Shown here one piece after another: positions 16,483-25,181 of a stretch of DNA of 64,000 nucleotides. This DNA is from a virus. Position 1 is the first letter of the stretch, and each line of letters starts with the position of its first letter. Location of the stretch: IMG/VR virus record IMGVR_UViG_3300025282_000024; one strand, 5' to 3'. The notes under the pieces are model-generated. The model had not been told where the DNA came from and made no database searches. It saw nothing but the letters and a program-made list of their open reading frames with translations. The translations under genes and the position numbers were made by a program.

Positions 16483-19400
16483 CTAAATGTTTATATGTGC
16501 AAATCCCTCTTTTTTATCAATAACAATTTGTTGGTCTACACAATCTTTCAAGCTGTCAAGATGAGAAATCAAAATAACAGTTTTAAAGTATGACTTAATT
16601 AGTTCTAAGATGGAAATAAATCCATCCATATTATCTGCGTCCAAGGCAGTGCCGGGCTCGTCTAAGATAAAAACATCTGATTTCGGCAGACTAGAAACTG
16701 AAAGAAGTGCCAATCGAATTGCCATAGCAGCAATAGTTTTTTCTGCTCCGCTACCCATTTCAATTGGGCGTGGTTCATGCTTGGGGTGTTTAATAAAAAT
16801 TTTCATATGTTTACCATCATTTTCAAAGAAGACTTCAAAATCAACAACGTTTGCTAAAACCTTTGCAATTTCATTATTAATAACTGGAAGCTTCTTTTTA
16901 ATAATATCATATGATATACCATTCGTATGCATGCATCTCATAAATAATTCATAAGCTGAATAATCCTCTCTAAGACTTTGTAGTTCTTCTTTTTGTTCTT
17001 TAAGAGATGTAAGCTTCTGCTCTAGAGAGCCATGTTCTTTATAAAAACCCATAAGAACATTTTGACACTCTTGCAATTCTGCCTCCTTCTCTAAGTAAAC
17101 TTTCTTTGCTTTTTTCAATTGTCTAATAAAGGATCCTTTATTTTCAATGATGTCTTTATTTTCGTAATAGAGTTGTTTTTGTTCTCCCAGGGAGACAATT
17201 TCACCATCAATTGATTTCAAATTAACTTCACTGCGCTCAATCTCAACTTTTATCTTAGATATTTCAAGCTCTGAGGACTCTTTTTTATCTACAACCTCTT
17301 TATACTTTTTAAGATAAGTTTCGATTTGTTCAGGATTTAAATCTTTTATTTCTTTGTCGAGGATTGTAGATTTTTTAGCGAGCAGTTTAGCATTGTCAGC
17401 AAGACCCGGCATACTATTAAAGGCACTATGAGCATCACAAATAAATTTACAATCAGGAAACTTACTTCCGCAAGGCACCTCTTTTAAAAGACTAATTCTC
17501 TTTTCTTTAGCTTCTTTCTCCTTCTCCAAGAAGCTTATTTCATCAGTAATTGTTTTAAGAGTTATTAATTTTTCAGCAACTTTGCTTTGTTTTTCATATA
17601 AATCCTCTGTATTAAAGTTTGAAATAAAATTATCAATTTTCTTGACAAGATTTTCTTTTTCTTTGAGGCTCTCCTGAAAATTAACAATTGCCGCAGTGAT
17701 ATCTAAATGTTGTTTTTCTTTTTCATTGAGCAATGCGATGACTGCTTCTATATCAATTAAGTCTGTGGGAATAGAGTCAATTGATTTCTGAATTTCATCA
17801 ACACTAGTTTGAGTGTCTAATAGTTCTTTTTTAATTGTTTCACAACTTTCAGAATGATCGCGAGTTGCAGCTTCATTAAAAATGATTTCTTTTTCTACAT
17901 TGAAAATGTCATCATCAAATTCTTGTCCTTCAAGTCTTTTGAGGGCCCCTCGAAGATCAGTGGCGTCTTCTTTGGCTAATTTAAACTTCTTGTCAAACAT
18001 CTCCAAATCAAGAAATTTTGCGAGTATTTCTTTTCTTCTTGTTGATCCCTCACTAATAAATTGTAATGCACCAAGCTGAGAAGACATAGACGTCATTAAG
18101 AAATCGTCTAAAGTTCCAAAGTGTTTTCTTATGATCTTGTCTGTTTCGTTTCTAGTGGTACCATTTAAACTTTGAGTCTGCTCAGTTACTGTATCATAAC
18201 ACTCAAAGTTTAAATCCGTTTTGGCCTCTACAGTTTCATCACCCTTTAATTTCTTTATATATTTATCGGCTTTTCTTTCGATAGTGTATCGTTTGTTTCC
18301 AACCGAGATATGGACTTTTCCACTTCCTGACTGCTTGTTCTGGTTGATAATGTTGAGGTTTTTCCGCTCGTTTTTGCTAGTAGAATTAAATAAAGTAAAC
18401 AAAACGCTGTCAATAATACTAGACTTGCCAGAAAAGTTTTTACCAAAGATACCCACGATTCCAGAGAGCTTTTGAAAGTCGACTATATTCCCCTCACCAT
18501 AATTAAAAAGATTATCCCACTCAAGCCTTTCAAGCTTCCAATTAATATTTCTGCCTACTTCTTCATTTTCTTCTACCACTGTATTATATTTTGAATTAAG
18601 TTTTAAGGCTCTTTCAACCAATTCTTCATCTGGCTGAAAATCTTTAATATATTCTCTTATAAATTCTTCTTGTACAGCAACGTCTCTCAGATTATCATTT
18701 GCTAGGCCGTCAGCAAACTCATCAATATTTCCTCTCTCGCCAGAAGCTCTATTCAAAAAAGTAATACTTTCTGGCTTAAAGCGATGCTTTGCAACCTCAA
18801 CTGCCTTTTTCATAATGCTTAGAGGTAAATTATTGTTTGAAACCAGGCGCACTCTGGCACCTTTGGGGATCTGAATCTTGTTTGGCATTCTCCCTTTTGG
18901 AGTCAGCTCTATTGTGATAAACGGTTTTGGGTTTTTAAGTACATGATGCGTGCATGTAAAATCATCTTTGTCTTTAATTTCCCAAATCAAAAACCCTTTA
19001 TCATTTGTTTCTCCGTGATTCTGTTGTATCGTTGAACCAGCATAACGAATTCTGCCAGCATGATCTAAAATTTGGTCTGTTTTGTGGATGTCTCCCAAAA
19101 AAGCAAAATCATGTCCTTGAAAAATTGATATATCATCTTCCCCATGCTCCATAATCCACCCCAAATCAGTGCGGCTATTACAAATAGCACCATGATAGAG
19201 AGCAATCTTAATCTTTGTATCGTCGGAAGGTAATACCCAATTATCGCGATCGAACACGCTAAGAACATTAAAAGTGAAATTTTCATCTAATTTGGTCTCC
19301 CCGCTATTCTTTAGCAGAAACAGATCTGGGTGATCTAAGGCTTCAACTATCGGCGTGATAGCATCTTGTCTGCTGCTGTTTTTAAGGTTCCCATCATGAT

Positions 19401-19635
19401 TCCCCAGAATTACATAAGTAGGGGCAATAGATGCTAAAGACGATAAAAAGCTCGAACACAAATCAAAGAATTCCGGCGACAGTTGTGTTTTGGTGTGTGC
19501 AATATCTCCACAATGAACAATGTAATCAACCTCTTCTTCACGCAATTTATCATAAAGTTGTTCGAACACTTCTTTGTATTCGTAATGATATTTTAAATTT
19601 TTGATGTGCGTATCTGCAATGTGTGCAAACTTCAT
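16483..19635 (-). CDS. Fused Mre11/SbcD nuclease and Rad50/SbcC ATPase (T4 gp47-gp46 fusion)
   Basis: Metallophosphoesterase motifs IADTH, CGDIAH, LGNHD, YHG and GDIH; Walker A GKNFSGKSS; long coiled coil; signature GSGAEK; Walker B FILDEPG; ISH. Confidence 0.95.
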   Translation of the reverse strand: MKFAHIADTHIKNLKYHYEYKEVFEQLYDKLREEEVDYIVHCGDIAHTKTQLSPEFFDLCSSFLSSLASIAPTYVILGNHDGNLKNSSRQDAITPIVEALDHPDLFLLKNSGETKLDENFTFNVLSVFDRDNWVLPSDDTKIKIALYHGAICNSRTDLGWIMEHGEDDISIFQGHDFAFLGDIHKTDQILDHAGRIRYAGSTIQQNHGETNDKGFLIWEIKDKDDFTCTHHVLKNPKPFITIELTPKGRMPNKIQIPKGARVRLVSNNNLPLSIMKKAVEVAKHRFKPESITFLNRASGERGNIDEFADGLANDNLRDVAVQEEFIREYIKDFQPDEELVERALKLNSKYNTVVEENEEVGRNINWKLERLEWDNLFNYGEGNIVDFQKLSGIVGIFGKNFSGKSSIIDSVLFTLFNSTSKNERKNLNIINQNKQSGSGKVHISVGNKRYTIERKADKYIKKLKGDETVEAKTDLNFECYDTVTEQTQSLNGTTRNETDKIIRKHFGTLDDFLMTSMSSQLGALQFISEGSTRRKEILAKFLDLEMFDKKFKLAKEDATDLRGALKRLEGQEFDDDIFNVEKEIIFNEAATRDHSESCETIKKELLDTQTSVDEIQKSIDSIPTDLIDIEAVIALLNEKEKQHLDITAAIVNFQESLKEKENLVKKIDNFISNFNTEDLYEKQSKVAEKLITLKTITDEISFLEKEKEAKEKRISLLKEVPCGSKFPDCKFICDAHSAFNSMPGLADNAKLLAKKSTILDKEIKDLNPEQIETYLKKYKEVVDKKESSELEISKIKVEIERSEVNLKSIDGEIVSLGEQKQLYYENKDIIENKGSFIRQLKKAKKVYLEKEAELQECQNVLMGFYKEHGSLEQKLTSLKEQKEELQSLREDYSAYELFMRCMHTNGISYDIIKKKLPVINNEIAKVLANVVDFEVFFENDGKHMKIFIKHPKHEPRPIEMGSGAEKTIAAMAIRLALLSVSSLPKSDVFILDEPGTALDADNMDGFISILELIKSYFKTVILISHLDSLKDCVDQQIVIDKKEGFAHINI

Positions 19636-19741
19636 ATTTATCCTATTAAATCCTTACGCATGCTTAAGCTAGCGAGCCCAACAGTCAATGATCTGGTTTG
19701 AGAGTCACTTTTATTGATCGTGCTTTAATATGCATATATAC

Positions 19742-19771
19742 ATAATATCACATTTTTTCATGTGTTGTCAA
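19742..19771 (-). promoter_or_regulatory. Sigma70-type promoter for the sbcDC-like gene
   Basis: TTGACA-N18-TATTAT with an extended -10 TG. Confidence 0.65.
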
Positions 19772-19783
19772 CAGTTTTTTTAT

Positions 19784-19811
19784 TGGTGGGTAGAAAAAAT
19801 TCTACCCACCA
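19784..19811. other. 12-bp perfect hairpin downstream of hsp20 (mRNA 3' stabiliser or atypical terminator)
   Basis: TGGTGGGTAGAA-AAAA-TTCTACCCACCA; no U tract follows it on the coding strand. Confidence 0.6.
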
Positions 19812-19819
19812 TATTATCT

Positions 19820-20251
19820 TCACTTAATTCCAATTTTAAAAGGTTCTGCCTCTGGTCGTGGAGGTACCTCCAAACGTAACAGGCCATCTTCAAATTGAGC
19901 CCTCACACTCTTAAGATCTAAATTATTGTCATAATTGACATAGGTCTTGTGAAAAGCTCGACGGGCAATTCTGCGAGACTTAAAGTTCGGCGTCTCTTCA
20001 TCACCGTGCGAATCTGATGAGACATGAATCTCCATCTTTTCAGGTAGAACTTCAACATGCAAATTCTCTTTTTTAAACCCAGCAAGTGCAAATTCCATAA
20101 CCGTGTTTCCCGAATCGTCTCGATAAATATCTGCGACGGGATAACCTTCGGTGGTGCGCTGCAGCCAAGTGTTTGGCATTGAATTAAAAATGTCATCAAA
20201 AACGTTCCAGCCAAGAACGCTAGTTCGGTAGCTACTAATTCCAGTACTCAT
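19820..20251 (-). CDS. Small heat shock protein (Hsp20/IbpA family); start corrected to ATG 20251
   Basis: YPVADI...MEFALAGFKKENL...RRIARRAF...AQFEDGLLRLEVP and a C-terminal IxI motif; SD AAGGAG precedes ATG 20251. Confidence 0.93.
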   Translation of the reverse strand: MSTGISSYRTSVLGWNVFDDIFNSMPNTWLQRTTEGYPVADIYRDDSGNTVMEFALAGFKKENLHVEVLPEKMEIHVSSDSHGDEETPNFKSRRIARRAFHKTYVNYDNNLDLKSVRAQFEDGLLRLEVPPRPEAEPFKIGIK

Positions 20252-20310
20252 ATTTTTTCTCCTTTTTAAGCAAGTACAAGTTAAACATCCCTTAAGGCAA
20301 TATTTAACCC
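20252..20310 (-). promoter_or_regulatory. ROSE-like RNA thermometer in the hsp20 5' UTR
   Basis: CUUGCU-UAAAA-AGGAG hairpin (20259-20274) pairs the SD with a bulged G; an upstream hairpin GUUAAAUAU...AUGUUUAAC precedes it. Confidence 0.65.
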
Positions 20311-20316
20311 TACACA

Positions 20317-20344
20317 AGTATAACAACTAAAATTAATTTGTCAA
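20317..20344 (-). promoter_or_regulatory. Sigma70-type promoter for hsp20
   Basis: TTGACA-N16-TATACT with an extended -10 TG. Confidence 0.7.
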
Positions 20345-20345
20345 G

Positions 20346-21278
20346 TTATATTTGCATTATTTTTTGTATCAACAGCGTTGATTCGTCAAACAGCATTGCA
20401 GCACTCTTCTTGATTTCAAACTCTTTTTTTGTCATGCTGCCAACATCTTCATATTCAGAAGTGTCTATCTTATAAACTTCCACACCATACGAATTCAGCA
20501 CGTTAACGATGCTTAGAGCCTTCTTCTCGGCATCTTGGTCCAGTGCCATGTATATGCGATTAGAATGCGTTAGAATGGCCTTAAATAGCCGAGAGCGGCT
20601 ATTGAGAGTTGACCCAAGAAGGGGAATAGAGTTGTCTGCATTCACTGCATCAAAAGCCCCTTCTACCAAAGTTACTGGTTTTTCCCAATCAATCGATAGT
20701 TCATTAAATACGATGTCCTTTGAAACTGGAGGATTTTTATACTTTAGCCAATCCTGTCTATAAGTCCTAGCAATGAAATAGTTGCAATATCCATCCAAGT
20801 TAAAAGAGGGTATAATAATTCTGTTTTTATATTCACCTGTTTCACAATAACCAATTTTCCACCTCAATATATCATAACTTGTCACACCACGTTTTTTAAG
20901 ATATTTTAAGGACTCTCGTGATGATGTGGGCAAATTTTTGTTGGCGAGGCAGATATATTCTGATGGTAGAGAAATCCTCTGCTCTTGCTCGAAAACCCCC
21001 TCTGCTTCAAAAAGATTGTCAAATTCTGATATATCCACTCGTTCAAAAAAATTGCTCCATGCTTTTCTGTGATTATAGTTTCCAAATCTTTTAACAAGGT
21101 AGAAAATATTTCTCCCACTAGTATCACACACCCAACATTTATAAGAATTCTTGGAGATGTTTACCGACATCTTTTTTTTATGATGATTACAAAAAGGGCA
21201 CGAAAACAAGCACTCCTCATTCGAGCGATAAAAGTCTCCTAAAATCTCTTGTAATATTTGAATCTTTTCAGAATCCAT
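20346..21278 (-). CDS. DNA primase (DnaG/T4 gp61-like)
   Basis: Zn-binding CPFC...CWVC, YLKKRG, RIIIP, KYKNPP and TOPRIM LVEGAFDA...ALDQDA. Confidence 0.93.
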   Translation of the reverse strand: MDSEKIQILQEILGDFYRSNEECLFSCPFCNHHKKKMSVNISKNSYKCWVCDTSGRNIFYLVKRFGNYNHRKAWSNFFERVDISEFDNLFEAEGVFEQEQRISLPSEYICLANKNLPTSSRESLKYLKKRGVTSYDILRWKIGYCETGEYKNRIIIPSFNLDGYCNYFIARTYRQDWLKYKNPPVSKDIVFNELSIDWEKPVTLVEGAFDAVNADNSIPLLGSTLNSRSRLFKAILTHSNRIYMALDQDAEKKALSIVNVLNSYGVEVYKIDTSEYEDVGSMTKKEFEIKKSAAMLFDESTLLIQKIMQI

Positions 21279-21284
21279 AAAGAT

Positions 21285-21313
21285 AGCCTAACAGAAACAA
21301 TACAAGAAGTCAA
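21285..21313 (-). promoter_or_regulatory. Sigma70-type promoter for primase (predicts a leaderless mRNA)
   Basis: TTGACT-N17-TAGGCT with an extended -10 TG; only 6 nt separate the -10 box from the ATG, and there is no SD. Confidence 0.5.
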
Positions 21314-21825
21314 GAACTTTTAAGATATGCTGCCTTCGCAATAACCCAACTATCGGCCTTATCATAACAATGTGGCTTGACGTTATTAAATTTTGTATAT
21401 TCTATTTGAATTTTAGGAACATTGTCTAAAATATATTCAATGACAACTTGTTTTGCTTTTGTTCCTCGTGGAACTGTAATACCACAAAGTTTTCTGGCTG
21501 ATGTGGCCGCTATATATTCCGGCTCAACTTGTAGTATTCCATATACCAACCACGACACCACGCCATTAAAACGAGCAAGAGTTGAAAGAGTTTTTGCAGA
21601 TGAGAATCCAGATCTAAAAGACTGGAGAGATTGCTCGATATATACCCTTTCGATTCCCGAATGTTTGTTACAAAGCTCTTTAAGATGTTGCTCAACATAT
21701 TCTACCTTCTTGAAGAAATTTTTAAATTTTCTAGTATCCCAGGCCTCATTATAAACAATATTGCCTTCTTTGTCAAGTACTGTTGCACCAGTTATACTGG
21801 TGGAGATATCTAATCCTAAAATCAT
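21310..21825 (-). CDS. ruvC: RuvC-like Holliday junction resolvase
   Basis: MILGLDISTSITG, VYIEQ and YDKADS carry the acidic catalytic residues. Confidence 0.85.
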   Translation of the reverse strand: MILGLDISTSITGATVLDKEGNIVYNEAWDTRKFKNFFKKVEYVEQHLKELCNKHSGIERVYIEQSLQSFRSGFSSAKTLSTLARFNGVVSWLVYGILQVEPEYIAATSARKLCGITVPRGTKAKQVVIEYILDNVPKIQIEYTKFNNVKPHCYDKADSWVIAKAAYLKSS

Positions 21826-23034
21826 TTATATATCTAATTTAACTTTAAAAGTATATGCGAGGGTCTCAAGCTTTTTAACTGGTGTTGCTAACTTAACAGT
21901 ACCAATTAATTTTCTTTGATCATCGAATATACCTATTGTACTAATAAATGTTTGTTTTTTAAAGGAAGAAGAATAATTGCATATAGAACCGCTGATGGTG
22001 TTCTTGATTGGTATAGAGTCATTCTCCGAAAAAGATGCACTACCATACTGGTATAAGGGTGCCGCAGACGAACTGGCATATAATTTATATGTAGGGTTGC
22101 TAGAATGATTTAGCAAGCCTTTTGGCGCAGTCATATACATATCTAATGTCGTCACCTCATTTGTTCCACGAAACTCCATCCTATAGCTCGCGGATGGAGC
22201 GAGGCCGCTATCGCCACTGTCATTTGCGCCGGCAGCAAAATCACACCATCTTGCTTGCCGCGTTGCATAGGTAAAATTATATGTTGCTGGCGTCAAATCC
22301 CAACTTCCTGTCAATAGCGCAAAGCCCTCATTATATAAAACGACGCCGGCTACGAGTCCAGAACCGTTTGTTTGAGCATACGTATCGCCAGCAGTTTGTA
22401 TTAATTCTCCATTTTTGTTTTTATCTGTTAATTGTGCTACAAGGGCACCAGAAATATAAAATTGTAGATTAACTGATCCGGGCTTTATTCCGCTATCAAA
22501 AAAGATTGATGGAATACTCACTAAATTAACTTCTTGTGTACCCTTATCTCCGTAAGAAGACGAAAAGGCATACTGATCAGTCAAATAAGTATAATAATTT
22601 AATGTGTTTTTCAGCCCTGAAACATGTGGTCGCGTTGTGCCAACTGCAAATCGTTCTCTACTGATGCTTGCAGAAAGAGGATATGAACCAGTTAAAACGT
22701 CACCATACTCATATGAAGTATTATATGTAGCATCAGTAACGGTGCCAATAGAATTAAAACCACCATCCTTAGTGGTAAAGGGAAATATCAACGCTTTGAC
22801 ACCAGAACCAACTTCCGGATCATAAGTGTGGGCGCTACTGTCCCGGTCGATATTTAGTTCATATAAACTAACATGGCCAGTGGGGACCATGGTATCATTA
22901 TTATTATATGCACCGCTAATCGCACTTAAAGAGTTTAAATAAATATTGCCACTTATAACATCAAAAACATACTGCGGGTGTGTTTTTAAAGTGTTACGAA
23001 GAATATTTTTGTCTTCAAGCTTATAGTATGGCAT
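21826..23034 (-). CDS. Virion structural protein (baseplate/fibre-attachment-like), 402 aa
   Basis: C-terminal ISTIGIFDDQRKLIGTVKLATPVKK...FKVKLDI is paralogous to the adjacent 363-aa gene. Confidence 0.7.
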   Translation of the reverse strand: MPYYKLEDKNILRNTLKTHPQYVFDVISGNIYLNSLSAISGAYNNNDTMVPTGHVSLYELNIDRDSSAHTYDPEVGSGVKALIFPFTTKDGGFNSIGTVTDATYNTSYEYGDVLTGSYPLSASISRERFAVGTTRPHVSGLKNTLNYYTYLTDQYAFSSSYGDKGTQEVNLVSIPSIFFDSGIKPGSVNLQFYISGALVAQLTDKNKNGELIQTAGDTYAQTNGSGLVAGVVLYNEGFALLTGSWDLTPATYNFTYATRQARWCDFAAGANDSGDSGLAPSASYRMEFRGTNEVTTLDMYMTAPKGLLNHSSNPTYKLYASSSAAPLYQYGSASFSENDSIPIKNTISGSICNYSSSFKKQTFISTIGIFDDQRKLIGTVKLATPVKKLETLAYTFKVKLDI

Positions 23035-23039
23035 AACAT

Positions 23040-24131
23040 TTAATAATCCAACCTCACGCGCAGAGTTAACTCATTGCTTGGAGTTTTCTTTAATGGCTCA
23101 GACAATTTAGCAACCGCTAAGAGTTCATTATTTGGCGAGTAAAGACCAATAGTTGTCAAATAAGACACTGGTTGTGCAAAAGGATTGTTTCCTTTAACTC
23201 TAATTTTACTAGCTGACAAATAAGTTGGATTAGAAGAATAATTATAATCTCCCGTGTTAGCTCGACAGAAATAAATTGTTGAATTAAGTTCTGTAGTATT
23301 ATTATATTCAATGTTAACAAGCCTATTTCTTAATCCATCGGCAAAAGTATCGATACTAGATTGTGATAATACGCTCCAAATCTCAGCTGACGTTCCTGGA
23401 ATGCCAAAGTAAACACGACTTCTGGGCGCAGTACTCACTGTCGAGGATCCTGTGGGATATGTGGAAAATATATAAGGGCTGATTACTGCAATGCCGGCTT
23501 GGTAATAAACATGCCCCACGGCTGAATCATTATTTGGCGTTGCAGATGAAGTATAGAGTAGGCCATATTCACCAGTGGGTGAATTCACAAGGAAGCTCGA
23601 TGATGCGCCATAATCCGATATCGTCATCGCGCCGGTCATTGAGGATCCATTGTCGGTTCCCGTCAAGAAACTCATAGAGAATGTGCCTTTCTTAATTTCG
23701 TCTTTAGTCAAAAGTCGAGCAAAATTAACGAAAACCGCCTCATTGAATTTTTCATCACCGGTCTCGTTTAAATTTCCGTTTTTATCAAAGGGTTGAATAT
23801 TTCCGCTAGTATCATAAGGAACCAAAACTTGAGCCATTTGATCATAAATATTCCTTTTCTTTGTATATTGCGCGGCGGTACTAAAATCAGCACTAGTAAA
23901 GTTAACAGATTCAGCGCTAATACCAACAGTAATATCAAAAATATGATTTGCAGAAGAACTTAAATAAGGATAATCATATACTGACTGAAACATGCCATGA
24001 GCATATGTTTTAATATTATTATCAGAATAAGTTCCTGAAGCAATCGTACCAGTAACTGGAATTGCCTCGTGAAGTAGCGTTCTTGTTGTCGCCACATCGT
24101 TATTCAAAAGTGTCTTAAATGTAGTTGCCAT
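23040..24131 (-). CDS. Virion structural protein (baseplate/fibre-attachment-like), 363 aa
   Basis: C-terminal LTTIGLYSPNNELLAVAKLSEPLKK...LRVRLDY; SD AAGGAAGG. Confidence 0.7.
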   Translation of the reverse strand: MATTFKTLLNNDVATTRTLLHEAIPVTGTIASGTYSDNNIKTYAHGMFQSVYDYPYLSSSANHIFDITVGISAESVNFTSADFSTAAQYTKKRNIYDQMAQVLVPYDTSGNIQPFDKNGNLNETGDEKFNEAVFVNFARLLTKDEIKKGTFSMSFLTGTDNGSSMTGAMTISDYGASSSFLVNSPTGEYGLLYTSSATPNNDSAVGHVYYQAGIAVISPYIFSTYPTGSSTVSTAPRSRVYFGIPGTSAEIWSVLSQSSIDTFADGLRNRLVNIEYNNTTELNSTIYFCRANTGDYNYSSNPTYLSASKIRVKGNNPFAQPVSYLTTIGLYSPNNELLAVAKLSEPLKKTPSNELTLRVRLDY

Positions 24132-24146
24132 GTTTTTCCTTCCTTT

Positions 24147-25121
24147 TTATTGCTTTTTGACAAAACGAACTGGTATGTCGATTCTGTATCCTGTTGTTGC
24201 CCCAGTAACTCTAACAATAGTATCAATATAATAGAACGTTGTGGCGTCAGGTGCACCCACCGCAAATGTGCTACCAAGCCTTTCAAATAAGTAAGTGCTA
24301 GTTCTCAAATTGGTTGAAGCTTTTATTTTAAAAGCGCAATGTGTTCCTCTTGGGCCAGCAATTGCCGTATTAATAAGGTCATTGGTAACTTGATCAGTGT
24401 CGGCGGCAAGAGGAGCTACATCAGTACTTTTCACAAAATCACCAGTCGACAAATAATAGCTAGCAACATTATCATCATCTATAAAAGAAAACGCTGTGGT
24501 TTTGCCAACCGTTTGTCCACCATCCAAAGTCTGCGGATCTGCAGTCGTTAGCGAGCCCAGCCTATTATCTATTTCTACAATGTATTGATTTTCCTGTAGC
24601 TCTGCGTCGATCTTATAAGCATTAGATATCTCTGTTGTGTTTAGCCCCTGATCAACGCGGATATTTGTAATTTTGTCAGATGGCTTGGCTCCCGGGTCAT
24701 TCCCTGGAATATAATTACCTAAAGCATTATTTGCAAATAATGTTGAGGTTGCCGCATCTACAGACACAACAAACGATCCGGACCCAACATTGGAATTCCA
24801 TTGTGTAAAATTCATCTTCTGATTTAATGCAACAACTGGCAAGTAAAGAATATTATTATTTGTTAGCGTAATCAGCTTAGATTTCATATTTGCAGTGTTG
24901 TTAGTAAAAGCTTCTAAAACCGGTGATTGGAGAATTTCTATATCGTAATAGGCAGAGCCGCTACTATTCGTCGCGTCGTAATTGCTATAATCAATTTCAT
25001 CATCTCCAAACGCATATTTTGTGATTCTGAAAGAACCATCGCCCTCGGCCAATCTTTTTCGACCCGCATCCGTTAGTACCGCATCCAATATGATATCGCC
25101 ACTATTATCTAAATATGCCAT
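24147..25121 (-). CDS. Virion structural protein, 324 aa
   Basis: N-terminal DAVLTDAGRKRLA...ITKYAFGDDEIDY is paralogous to the 361-aa protein; SD AAGGAG. Confidence 0.7.
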   Translation of the reverse strand: MAYLDNSGDIILDAVLTDAGRKRLAEGDGSFRITKYAFGDDEIDYSNYDATNSSGSAYYDIEILQSPVLEAFTNNTANMKSKLITLTNNNILYLPVVALNQKMNFTQWNSNVGSGSFVVSVDAATSTLFANNALGNYIPGNDPGAKPSDKITNIRVDQGLNTTEISNAYKIDAELQENQYIVEIDNRLGSLTTADPQTLDGGQTVGKTTAFSFIDDDNVASYYLSTGDFVKSTDVAPLAADTDQVTNDLINTAIAGPRGTHCAFKIKASTNLRTSTYLFERLGSTFAVGAPDATTFYYIDTIVRVTGATTGYRIDIPVRFVKKQ

Positions 25122-25142
25122 AATAATACTCCTTTTCCATAA

Positions 25143-25150
25143 TTAAATAG
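25143..25150 (-). promoter_or_regulatory. Candidate late promoter motif CTATTTAA
   Basis: Intergenic CTANTTA(T/A) match 21 nt upstream of the ATG. Confidence 0.5.
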
Positions 25151-25181
25151 TTACTTTTTGTTGTTTTTTCAATTCTTTATT

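Noticed and set aside
19784-19811. Hairpin as a canonical intrinsic terminator for hsp20
   Set aside because: It is followed by an A run, not a U run, on the coding strand; kept only as an unassigned hairpin.
20252-20326. 25-aa N-terminal extension of Hsp20 in the ORF track
   Set aside because: It overlaps the promoter and structured leader; the SD points to ATG 20251.
6350-21278. Inteins or introns in terminase, portal, SbcDC or primase
   Set aside because: Conserved motifs have normal spacing, and no intein-terminal or homing-endonuclease signatures were seen.
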